This document shows, one piece after another, positions 36,701 to 47,589 of a DNA stretch of 64,000 nt. This DNA comes from Diadema antillarum. Its lineage: Eukaryota. Positions within the stretch are counted from its first letter, which is position 1; the number at the start of each line of letters is the position of its first letter. Location: positions 434,001 through 498,000 of the forward strand of contig NW_027272455.1 in assembly GCF_040938485.1 (NCBI RefSeq), in the 5' to 3' direction. The position numbers were made by a program, and so were the translations under genes. The notes under the pieces are model-generated. The model saw only the letters and a program-made list of their open reading frames with translations. It was not told the origin of the DNA and did no database searches.

Positions 36701-39700
36701 GGTACGTCAAGATGTGGAGTCACTGCTGTTTTCCACTGAGCCTCTGTAGAGATTACTGCTGTAATTGGCATAAGAAATAATGGGTCTTCTGTAAAGTAAA
36801 AATGTCTTTACTGCTTTTTTAACAACAAATGTTATTTGGCAAGCTAACAATATAGTGTTTAGCATATACCCAACATACAACAAGAATTTGTAATTTATTA
36901 TTGAGTAATTGAATACAACCGTCATGCATAGTAGATCCTTTGTACTTTTCTATCTACAGGGGCATTCGTCATCTTCAACATCTAGGTCAATAGCAGACAG
37001 CGTGCGTGCCACGGCGGAGGCTGCCCTCGCTCATTCTGGAGTGGTTTTAGATGAAGCCAGCGGCATGTACTATGACTACAACTCTGGCTACTACTATGAC
37101 CCTGTAGGTGGCAACATGCTATTCTTTGCATTTTTTTTTGTTGCTAAGATCTTACACTGTGCACCCAGCCATTACTGTGATTCTTCAGTAGGCCTTTAGT
37201 CATATTCATAGTATATTGTAGATGTATATCACGTGGTTGTGATCTGTACCGTAAGTGTGATACAGGCTACTCCTGTTACAACAAAGTCCTCAGGACCAGC
37301 AGTTTTATTTCATTGTATCAAAATTTTGTAATAGCCAAACAATAATGTATAGAAAGATATGTAGATGATCATTTTGGAACTTGAAATTTTACTTCGTTGT
37401 AACAAGATTTTCGTTGTAACTGTCTTCGTTATAACAGGAATAGACTGTATGAGATATATTTCAGATCTAAAAGCCAGTTGTTAGCTTTGTTTGATAGTAA
37501 GGTCATTTAGAGCAGTGCAGTGGAAAATAGTTTTCATGAAATCAGCTGCAGCCCTGCAGTTGTCAAAGAACATTTATATGACCGTTTAGTACCCGTGATT
37601 ACCTAATGAATAAGGTAATAGTAGAAGAAAAAAAAAAGATTTGGCTATGAAATCAGTGATTTGCAGTAAATATGTAGATTATGCCAAGCTTTCCAATATG
37701 TAGTCTTCTATTATATCTTCTATACATTATTTCTTGTCAGGATTCATGTTTGTCCATGGGATCATCTATTATATTTGAGAATTTTGCTTATGAATGTTCC
37801 CAGTTTCAAATCATCTTTGTCTCTCTGTGCCGTTTCCACAGAACAATCATCTCTACTATGATCCTGCCCGAGGGATCTACTACTACTATGATGAGCAGTC
37901 CCAGTCTTACCAGTTCCATTCCAGGGTCGAGATGCCTGAAGTCGTCGTGGGCCGGTCGGGGGCCCAGAGGAACCACGTGGGCAGCGGTGGCCGGAGGGAC
38001 AGGGACAGACATAGAGGGGAACGGTCAAGGAGAAAAAACCGTGACCAGAACAGAGAGGATGTGAGTTATGCAGCAAGATTTGTTATTTTGTCGTGGTTGG
38101 TGGTGGTGATTTCGTATCGAGATGCTTTGCCAGGTGTTTGAATTGACAGTGCCTTTATCGTCACTGTGGCGAAAAGACCTCATATCTACAAAATGTCAAA
38201 TAATCATGAGAGCAAAAAAACATGGCAGCCAAAGCACTGCGTCGAATGGGATAGTCTTTCTTTTCACATGCTGTGGTGGCTTCATTTTGGGGGTAAGACA
38301 GCTAGGATTTGGACAGGACATCACTTAACTGATTACCTGACCATTAATCTGAAAAAGTAATTTTCACCAAAATACAAGGTCTTGTCACCCCAGTGACGTT
38401 AAGTATTAGGACCATTGCAATGTGTGTCTCCTGTTTTGGTTTGAGGATTTGAGCACACTGTTTTCGTCATATACATCAGATGTGAAATCTTTTTTCAACC
38501 AAATTTGTCAGAAAGTGCAGTACTAAATATCAAATATTTCAAGAGACAACTTTTTATGTGGTAATTTGATATGTGCGTGTGTGTGTGTGTGTCTGTCTGT
38601 CTGCCTTTTTACATCAGTAATTTCTACAGTTGTTTAGTTTTGTAAACCCTACGAAGGCAGAAGAAATAAATTGCTGCAGATGTGTAGTTGAATTTTTTTT
38701 TTTTTTTTTTTTTTTGCTGTTGCTTGGACTTCCAAAACCAAGTACGGGATAGTCAGGATTACAGACTTGCTATGCCACAGTAAGCTGTTGTGCCAAAAAA
38801 ATAGTCTCACCAATATGTGTTTGTATGGGGTCAGCTCTGGTTTCACATGGTTTGCAAGATCAGAACCATGAATTGCCATGCAGTATATTATTGTATCTGT
38901 GCTTTTGAACTTCAGGGAGTGAATAGAAAAAACACCAGAAAGGAAAGTCAGTTTGAAAGAATAAATGGAAACAAGTTCTCTGCTTTTGCTACAATTCTAC
39001 AACATATATGTATCTTTTACTGTGAAACACTCTTGTTTGAAAAAACAACAACAAACAAATAGAAAGCAAACCAAAGCATTAGAAAATGAGCAGAGAGCTG
39101 AAGTATCTAGCGTCTTACGACTGTTTGGTCTCTTGCATTCTCATTCTGCAGGAGGGGCAACTTATTGCTGGCATAACAAGTCTGTCTCTAAATGAGTCTT
39201 CGGGGTGGGGCACCCAGTCAAACTTTTTACCAGGAGTCTACTCCTACCACCCAAGCCCTCAGATTACAGGTACTTTCAGTTATTTGATGCACAAAGTAAT
39301 GGACCAATCTTTGCATGTGCTGAAGGCTCAATTTGAACTTTTGAAGTGTGAGTGTCAAGATTTTTGCAGAAGTACAGCAAAATACCTGATGTGTCCGTAA
39401 GGTGTTCATGCTTTTAATTCTACCCCTCCCCCCATTTCATTATACCTGCAGCATGTGACACATTGGTCCATTACTTGCAAGTCATGCGACCTTATATTTT
39501 AAGTTGTTTCTTATCCTTCAAATTAACTCCACTCTTTCTCCCCGTCCCCATTCTTCTGTCTGATCCTGAAATCCATGTGTCTCTCTTTATTCCTGAACCC
39601 TACTTGGGCTCTTCTTCTCCTAATTTCACAAAGAGTTTCTTCTCTCTTCTCTGCATACATTCTCCTGTTTCCTCTGTTGCTCTCTCTTTCTCTTAATCTC

Positions 39701-41460
39701 AATTTCCACCATGCCACATTTCTGTGGACATTCTCTGGCAATCCTCTGCTTAATGCATCCAAACAACTGCCTGCAAATTACCTCTGCCTGTGTTGGCATG
39801 GAATTGGAACCACACGGACACATCAAAGCAGCACTCTGCAACCAATGAAAGGCAGTCGACCTCGGCAGATGCAACCTGCGAGGTCATCGACATCACCAGC
39901 CCCACGGAGGACTATCCCGAGAACGGAAATGATGTCGGCAGCCAGCCCCAGGAAGGTGAAGAGAGGGGGGACGGGCACGACGTTGTGGAGATCGTCGACG
40001 AGGAAGACCCGGCCAGGCATCGCCGCAGACGAAGGAGAAAGTCCTCGTCGAGCAGGAAGCGGAAGAAGGTGGCAGGGGAGGAGGAGAGGAGAGCCGATGG
40101 GGAAGAACTGCCCGACGTTATCGTCCTCGACTCTGACGAGTCCGAAATGGAGGAGGGGGAACTTTCTGAGAGCTCCTCTGAAAGTCGGTCGTCGAGTCGA
40201 ATGGACTCTGGTGAAGATGGGGAGGAGGGGTGGTCAGACGATAGTGAGGAATCCATGGTCATTGGTGACGATGAGGATGATGTCCAGAGTGTTGAAGGTT
40301 TGTCTGATGAAGTGCAACCAGCTGGAAATAGAAGAGTTTCCCCCCCCCCCCCAAGTTACACGGTTGATACATCAACATACATTACTTGCTAAATTCTGCT
40401 TACCAATATGATAGATGTAACTGCTCTGAATGTCCAATTGCCTAGTAGTAAGACAAGGTTTGTTTCTGCTTATTTGAGAAGGATGTAATATTTTTTGTCT
40501 GTTCTACCTTCTTTCTGTGTTAAAGGTGTTAAAATGTGAGTAAGTGTGCATGTGTGTGTGTGTGTGTATATATATCACAGAAGTGATTTGTTGTGGGGCA
40601 TTGGGTACTTATGTACCTGTGCTGGACAAGTTTTAGCATCTAGCTTGTCTAGATTTATTATGTTTATTTATTATGTAGCAACAAACCTCAATATGGTTTG
40701 TTAAATGCAAATCAAATGTGTATCAAAATGACCTTCTTCATGTGTAGAGGAAGAAAAAGAAAGAGGATTGTAATTTTCTTTGGCTGTAATGTCTTTGTTG
40801 CGTAAATGTTTTGGTTGTTATCCTGTGTTCACTATCATCAGCATGGCTTCCTGTTTGTTGTTTGTTTCATTACACAGCAACGAAGGTCGATTATCCCCCC
40901 TGCATTAGAATGATAGTGGTTCGATCTGAGTCTATGAAGCTTGGATCATTGGCTGTGGTCACATGCACCGGAGGTTCCATTGGCAGGTAGGGGGAATGTA
41001 TTACTTCACACAAATGAGAACTAATGTGTGTGCTGCGCAGCTATTAATGAAGTTTTTATAGATCTATCCAACTCTTTACCTCAATAGCACATGTTAACTA
41101 TAATGCTAAAATAAACCTTTAACTATAAATTAGGATTATTAACTACATGTATGTTAATATTATCCATTAAAAAAAAAGATATGTATTTATTCTTGAATTG
41201 TATCAGAAAATTGTGTGTATTATACTACTATCTGTGTTGTGAAAGCTAGTGAAAGGGGTCCAACTATATATAAACGTCAAATTGTCAAATTCAAATAAAA
41301 TCCAAGACTCTCCCTGCAGAAGGTGTCTATTGGCATCAGGGTAAATTATGGAAACATAATAGCAATCTATTTTCATTGTGATAGAGACAGCTGAAAGAAA
41401 TAAAGCACTTGCAATTGTATAACACTTGTCTTTACATTAACCTCTCTGTAAATATGTGGG

Positions 41461-41503
<43 letters not shown>

Positions 41504-44500
41504 AAATGAATCATTGTAAAGCATGTAGGAAACATCAATTTGTTTGTAACATGCTATTCTTATTTGTGTTCCTATTCCTGTTCCCATTCCCGTTCCCGTT
41601 CTGGTTCCTCTATCAGGGAAGGATCAAACCACATCCTGCTCGTGCCGGAGCTCGGGGTGAGCAAGACGCACGCACAGATCGCCTACGACAAGGAGAAAGG
41701 GTTCTACACCATCACCGACCTGGGCAGTCAGAACGGCACAGTGCTCAATGGAGTGCCTCTCACTCAAAAGGTATCGTAGATGACCAAAAGTCCATCTGGA
41801 AAATGTCAGCACTGTACAAACAAACGAACAAACAAACAAAAGTTTCACAGTGATTACAGTTGTAGATTGAGCTTCTTGAGAAAAAAGAAATAAAAGAAGA
41901 TGGGCTGAGTAAATAAACATTGGTACAGGTTTTTGTAAGTCATGTGGGATATTTTTTGTGCAGTGAGCACAGTGAAACTGAGAATGAACAACACAGTGAT
42001 ACAATTATTTATCAAGCAGGTCATTGCAGAATGATGGCGAAGAACTGATGTATTCATATTGCATGGTATCATTTACTCTTTGAGAAAAAAAGAAAGAAAA
42101 AGAAGAATAATAGCCTTGTGAAATGTTTTTTTTTTTCTTTGTGAGTACATGTATATTATTGAAGGTTGTGTCATTCTTCAACTTGGGTACCTCAGACAGA
42201 TTTTTGTGCTTATATGGGGTGGGAAATTGTTCTACAAAATCTGTCAACTTTCAAAATGTGAGATCCTTCATTAGACCTTTGTGGAAAGTTCCTTCCCTCC
42301 GCATTGACCTTTTTCTTCATTTAACATTTGAATCAGAAATGCAGTGTGCATGTGTGTTTGTTACTCACTGATGCCATGATTCTTTGAAAGTAGTGATGAC
42401 TAGGGAATGTGATGTGGTATGTTTGTAAATGGAGTATATTTGATCAAGCTGCATTTGGATGGACAAATATGGCTAGGGTCATGATCTTCTTTCCAATCAG
42501 CTTCTTTTTCATGGAGTCACAAAGTGTTAAGCAGATGGTGTGTATGCATTTGTGTGTTTGTGTGTGTGTGTGTGTGTATACTGAGTGTAAGTTAGTGGAG
42601 TAGAACAGCTTTTATGGATACTGTCTCACATGCTTCAAAAGAAATATATCATGGGAGTAGAACCTTCATGAATATGAAATGGCTCACAGTTTTTGTTGGT
42701 CGTAGTCTGAACTTGTGAAACTGATGGAGCAGACTTCAGTTAACACAAGAAACAGTTTGTGTAAGGTAAAGTGTAGGCATTGCCAGTTTGCTGATGAGTG
42801 TACATTTTTTGTACTGCTACAAATATACTTGCGTCATAAATTTCTGCAGCATGAAGAAGCATTTCTTGAGAAAGTCATGAGCAAATGTTTGTCTTTTTAC
42901 ACTCTTCTCCTCCCTGCAAACCTTCGCCTTTAGTCGCGTGTGAAGAGTGACCCCCAGCCCCTTTCCCACAAAGACTACCTGACCTTTGGCACTACCACCC
43001 TTCGGATCCATATCCACCGCGGCAGTGAGACATGTGATGAGTGTGAACCAGGTCAGGTCCAAGCCATGATTAGACAACAGCAGTCGTTGGAAGGTAAACA
43101 CCCCTGTTCACATTTGAAGCTTTAAGAGTGGGCAAATGTAGTGAGCATTTTTTACTGTCAAATGCTTATTTCTTGAAGTCACATGGCATTAAGAAATATT
43201 TCTTTTCACCAACTTTAAGATGGTGTTGTGTGACTCTGAAATTTGGAAGAGGTGTCTATATACCGCTGAGACATTTTAATATGTTTTTGTTACTGTGATA
43301 AAGAGAAGGCATATAAGATTACGTACCAGTACATCAAAGTGTAGAAGTAGTATAGATTCTTTGCAGTTGTTTTCCTCATCCAAATGTGATCACATTTCAG
43401 CTACCTCCGCTGGACTGGGAGACAAAGAACAGCAGCGGCGGCGCGAGCTGCGCAAGCTGAAGAAGAAGTACATGCTAGCTGGCGGTGGAGGGACGAGGGA
43501 CCACCACCGAACTAACGCAGAGTACAAGGACCGGGCAGAGGAGAGGCGCGTCACCGTCGGCAGCGACAACCCATACCAACCTGACGACCTACCGGCATCG
43601 GTTAACAGGTGTGGAAGGAGAGATGATCATTACATTTGGATAACGAGACTGTCAATGCAACATCTACCATCAGTGTCCTAAATGTTGGGCTTGTATCATT
43701 TTTTGAGGGCACAAAACATTAGGGGAGAAAGTACATTTTTTGATTACTGGTATTTTATGCTGAGATGCACACAATGTTAGATGACTTACAGGCTACTTGC
43801 ATGGCAGCATTTGGCTGAAAATGATGGTGATGCTGGTTTGAAAGAGAAGTATGATGATGAACATTGGAGTGACAATGAAAAGATATTAGCAAGCTTGAAA
43901 CATTAGCACCACAGATCTAAAGCTCATTAATGATGATGACTATGATAGCAGTGATTAGAGTGTTTAGTAGTGAAGATGTGTGATGGTGATTTCTATGGCT
44001 ATCTCTATATGATTTTTAGTTATTTTGTTTGTATGTTTGTTCTTTCAGAGCTATATCTGACACCAATATGGGCCACAAGATGCTGAAAAAGATGGGATGG
44101 AAAGAAGGGGATTCTCTAGGCACGGGTGACTCAGGGATCAAGGAACCGGTATGTCTAAAATACAGAGATTATTCCCATTGGTCATTCGTTCCATTTTGCT
44201 GCCTTATTTTTTACCTTTGGGCAGAAGAAAAACATAGCCTTGAAGATCAAATAGTGTGGGACTGGGGAGACATGGGCGGCCCCAAGGGATCGATCTTCAT
44301 TCGCAGTCCACCAGGGTACATTCGAAAACCATGAATAGCTCTCATCCGCAAATGTGCATCAAGCTTATGTTCATTGGTAACGGTCATTTCCAGTTGAGAT
44401 TCTGTGTGTGTACTAACATAGAGACCAGTGATAAAGCAGTATACCATTCATTACGGGGATTCTTGAATATATTTGAGCCAGGCTGCCCTTCCCACTCCAT

Positions 44501-46077
44501 AGTATCCCCATGCTACTGGGCCTTTAAGATCAGTGCCTGATCCTTTCTTTAATTCTAAGCAAGAAATCAGAAGGCATAAGGTACTTGTTTATTTGTTCCT
44601 GGGTGATCGGCAAAGAATTCACAGTCCGCCATGTAGACATTTTGTGAGATGTGATGATGGACGTTTGCTTGCCTCATAACTGCTCACACACCAATGTATA
44701 ACTTCCAAAGCTGTAATGTTTTTTATCATTTGGTTTATCCTTCCATAAACTTCTGTGAACTTTGCTTTCATGTATTAAACTGGCACAGGTTTTACATTGG
44801 AGTGATCTTACATGAGGCTTATTGTGTTGCAATGGAGAAACATGGGCTTAAGAAAGCACTACTAATATGCAGTCAGTCTGTCTCACAACAGTTGCTCTTA
44901 CTAAGCAAGCAATGTTTGATATGAAAGATTTAATCCATTTATACCTCAATAAACTCTTCAAAAGAAATGGAAATGTAATGTAAGATGCATCTTCCAGGCT
45001 TACACTGAATACCAGAGACTTAGATTAACACTCAGGAAAGAAGGTTGATTTGATCAACATTTGTTCTGTAGAAGAATTACCTGAAAATTAGCGGGATGTG
45101 TAGTCCATAGTAATTGCTTGAAGTCTAGGAGACTCATTGTGTTTTTGTTCCTCCAGATACAAGTATTCTTGCATGGCAAAAAGGCTGGCCTTGGTGCTGG
45201 TGGACTCAAATCCATGGACAGTATGGAGGTGCTGGGAAGGAGGAACAGTGAAAACTGGGACCTTGCTCGAGACCGCTTCCGACAGCTGGACCAAGGGACC
45301 AGCCGTCAGGTTGGCCGACCCCAGCCCATGAGGTGGGTCAAAGGTCGAATTCAGAGTGCCGACGATCAGCAGAAGAACAACGAAGATGGTCCCAGAAAGG
45401 ATGGGGAAATGCCAATTGAGGTGGCGAGCACGGACGGTGCTGGAGCTCACCCTCAGAGGAACGCAAGGGAAAACTCCGATGGCACAGTTAGTGGAAAGAA
45501 TGATGAAATCTTTGAGAAGGATAGAGGCTGCACAGCGGAAAGTAGTGTGAAGCAAGGGTCTGCCAGTGACAAGAGTGAAACTTTGCAGGGACCCATCCTT
45601 GTGGTGCCGTCAGTGGCGAGCGTCTCAAAGGATGAGGTGTCATCTGCTCAAGCCAGGGTTGCTAATATGGAGGGAGGGGATGTTGCAAGCACCTCTGGGC
45701 AGATGGCAGGAGACGAACAGATGCAGGCATCTCAGAGGAAAGACCATGATGTCTCCAAGCCAGCTTGCGGACAAGGTCCAGTGTTGGCCGGAGATGGTCA
45801 GAGTTCTTCCGATCACCAGGGCAAAGTGCAGAATCTCGTCGAGGCTCCTGTGGAGCGTGAAGCGGCCAAGAAGCCCATCAAGTTTGTCATTCCGCCCAGA
45901 CTGAGCCCCAAGCCCGGCGGTGGCAAGACCCCACTCACCGCCTCAGCCCCACCCGCCCCTCACCCTGTCCCCTCCCCGGAAAGTAACGGGGAGGGGCCAT
46001 CCACGAGGAGAACTCGGCAATCAAGGAGGAGGACCAAAGATAGAACTGACAAGATTGACATGTTTGAAAATGGCTGA
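33716..46077 (+). CDS. AGGF1: Angiogenic factor with G-patch and FHA domains 1 orthologue, 12 coding exons, about 1,135 aa: 33716-33766, 35175-35825, 36204-36428, 36960-37103, 37842-38060, 39829(or 39832)-40297, 40878-40986, 41617-41770, 42934-43093, 43401-43608, 44049-44148, 45157-46077
   Basis: All junctions are GT-AG with consistent phases. Domain order coiled coil - OCRE (GMYYDYNSGYYYDP/NNHLYYDPARGIYYYYD) - FHA (GSIGR...GVSKTHA...DLGSQNGTVLNG) - CDECEPGQV - YKDRAEERR - G-patch (NMGHKMLKKMGWKEGDSLG...AGLG) is diagnostic of AGGF1. Confidence 0.93.
35175..35825 (+). CDS. AGGF1: AGGF1 exon 2: acidic disordered region plus the start of the coiled coil
   Basis: ctcag| acceptor and CAG|gtaggc donor; 217 codons inside ORF 35160-35858. 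Confidence 0.85.
35950..36125 (+). repeat. (TAG/TAC)n and (CAT)n degenerate trinucleotide tract in AGGF1 intron 2
   Basis: Direct inspection. Confidence 0.85.
36204..36428 (+). CDS. AGGF1: AGGF1 exon 3 (end of the coiled coil, EIGIQTE)
   Basis: cttcag| acceptor and CAG|gtaaaa donor; 75 codons. Confidence 0.8.
36960..37103 (+). CDS. AGGF1: AGGF1 exon 4 (OCRE N-terminal half)
   Basis: SIADSVRATAEAALAHSGVVLDEASGMYYDYNSGYYYDP; ctacag| acceptor and |gtaggt donor. Confidence 0.93.
37261..37449. mobile_element. pogo/Tigger-like MITE, 189 bp, TA-flanked
   Basis: tacaggctactcctgttacaacaaag versus the reverse complement of cttcgttataacaggaatagactgta gives about 22/26 matches. Confidence 0.75.
37842..38060 (+). 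CDS. AGGF1: AGGF1 exon 5 (OCRE C-terminal half plus an R/D-rich segment)
   Basis: NNHLYYDPARGIYYYYDEQSQSYQFHSRVE; ccacag| acceptor and GAT|gtgagt donor. Confidence 0.93.
39829..40297 (+). CDS. AGGF1: AGGF1 exon 6 (acidic/basic SLiM-rich linker)
   Basis: Open frame with a tandem AAG/CAG acceptor (start 39829 or 39832) and GAAG|gtttgt donor; phase 0 to 1 is what exons 5 and 7 require. Confidence 0.8.
40878..40986 (+). CDS. AGGF1: AGGF1 exon 7 (YPPCIRMIVVRSESMKLGSLAVVTCTGGSIGR; start of FHA)
   Basis: acacag| acceptor and AG|gtaggg donor; not in the ORF track but in frame. Confidence 0.92.
41617..41770 (+). CDS. AGGF1: AGGF1 exon 8 (FHA core)
   Basis: VPELGVSKTHAQI...DLGSQNGTVLNG; tatcag| acceptor and AAG|gtatcg donor. 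Confidence 0.95.
42934..43093 (+). CDS. AGGF1: AGGF1 exon 9 (end of FHA, HIHRGSETCDECEPGQV)
   Basis: ctttag| acceptor and GAAG|gtaaac donor. Confidence 0.93.
43401..43608 (+). CDS. AGGF1: AGGF1 exon 10 (RRRELRKLKKKY...YKDRAEERRVTVGSD)
   Basis: tttcag| acceptor and AG|gtgtgg donor. Confidence 0.92.
44049..44148 (+). CDS. AGGF1: AGGF1 exon 11 (G-patch N-terminal part)
   Basis: ISDTNMGHKMLKKMGWKEGDSLGTGDSGIKEP; tttcag| acceptor and CCG|gtatgt donor. Confidence 0.95.
45157..46077 (+). CDS. AGGF1: AGGF1 exon 12 (end of G-patch, NWDLARDRF, WVKG, plus a 240-aa extension)
   Basis: ctccag| acceptor; the frame stays open to TGA at 46075-46077. Confidence 0.88.
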   Translation: MQVFLHGKKAGLGAGGLKSMDSMEVLGRRNSENWDLARDRFRQLDQGTSRQVGRPQPMRWVKGRIQSADDQQKNNEDGPRKDGEMPIEVASTDGAGAHPQRNARENSDGTVSGKNDEIFEKDRGCTAESSVKQGSASDKSETLQGPILVVPSVASVSKDEVSSAQARVANMEGGDVASTSGQMAGDEQMQASQRKDHDVSKPACGQGPVLAGDGQSSSDHQGKVQNLVEAPVEREAAKKPIKFVIPPRLSPKPGGGKTPLTASAPPAPHPVPSPESNGEGPSTRRTRQSRRRTKDRTDKIDMFENG

Positions 46078-47213
46078 TTGATACTACAAAGGGAATGATA
46101 TGACAGATTCAATCATCTCATAATCATTCTCAGCAAGGTAATGATGGAGTGATATTTGGGAAAGGATAATGTGTCATTTCTTAGGAGGGTCAAATCCCAA
46201 AATTTACTCACTTATTTCAATCGAACTTAACAATGGAAATTTGAGGGAATGTGTGTCTCCAGAAAAGTTAGATGGACATTTTGCTCTGTACACAATAACA
46301 ACTAATGGAGATAGGCTTATTGTAACAGTCAATGCTGCAGTTACATCAACTTGTGAGAGCCCCTTGTAGGGCCACTGTTAACAACAAGAGGAAAGTTTAG
46401 CCACCCCAGGGCCTCTTCTGCATCTTAACCTATCAAGCTTTGGGAGAATTTGCTGCAGATAAATGTCATCTTGGCATCAAATCTGGGCCTGTTGATTTCA
46501 CCCCATAGAAAGTGAAACTATTGAAATCTGCACACTTAAACAGAAATTTACAAAAATGTGCCATTTGAAAAAGAGATAAGAAATTGTAATCTTCAGTTTA
46601 GCAGTGAGAAGTATTTTGGTAATTCTGCAATAAAAACAAACAGCTATACATGAACAACAAAGGACTTGAGTGAAAGAGAGTTTACTCCACCTTATCAAAC
46701 ACTAGCAAGGAATATTTGTAATTTTAAGCAAAAGACTGAAATAGCACCAAAACTGAGGAAAGTTGTTCCTGGGACTCGATTGGTCAAATTAGTTTGTGGG
46801 TAGTAGTGTGGTAGCAGTAAAAGTATGTACATGAGTCTTTACATACAGATTATAACTTACAGATCGGTTACCTCAGATCATGTACATATTGTATTCAAAA
46901 GAGTTGCAGAAAACAATCGGGTACAATTCACAAGATTTTGATATAGAAATGTCAGTCACAAGTCCTGGGGATTGAGTTCAGGCTTCTGTATGAGGCATGA
47001 ATGATATTGATCATCGACATTTTAAGATTATCCTGTAGTGGCAATGTAAAGTCAGAGCATAGTTTATTAAAGTAAAGCCAGAATATATTTTGATAGACCT
47101 GTCTTGATTTCCTGCTGAATTATAGCTGATGCAATGAATGTGAATTCTTTTAGAAAATGAGCTGAATATGGTGTTGGACCAAACTAAAAAAAATTGTAAA
47201 ATTATTGTATCTG

Positions 47214-47589
47214 TTAAAGGGATAGTATAGTATTGGTGGAGATGAGGATAAGGCTTTTATTTTTTTTGCAACATACCAAGAAACCACTTATCAAATAGTG
47301 TAGAGCATACCATTCTAAAAGGAATTAAATGTTTATTTGATGAAAATTGGTTCTCGAATGGCTGAGATATCCAAAAACAGAGTAAAACAACCAATCTAAT
47401 AAAAGGTGGGTCCCACCTTTTATTCGGATCGCTCTGTTTTGGATATTTCAAAACCAATTTTCATCAAATGTTGAATTTCTTTTGGAATGACATGCTCTTT
47501 CACATTTCATGAGAGGTTTCTCATTGTCTCACCAAAAATTTTTAAAAACCTGAAGTTAGGTCTCAACCAAAACTGTACGATCCCTTGAA
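47214..47589. mobile_element. Palindromic Kolobok-like MITE (TTAA/TGAA flanks, AGGG...CCCT termini)
   Basis: About 30-bp imperfect TIRs plus an internal foldback: ttgatgaaaattggtt / aaccaattttcatcaa is a perfect 16-bp IR, and aataaaaggtgg / ccaccttttatt pair around position 47410. Confidence 0.7.

Noticed and set aside
39575-40411. 278-aa alternative-frame ORF overlapping AGGF1 exon 6, plus antisense ORFs over exons 2, 6 and 12
   Set aside because: Expected by-products of GC-rich, low-complexity coding sequence; no independent signals.
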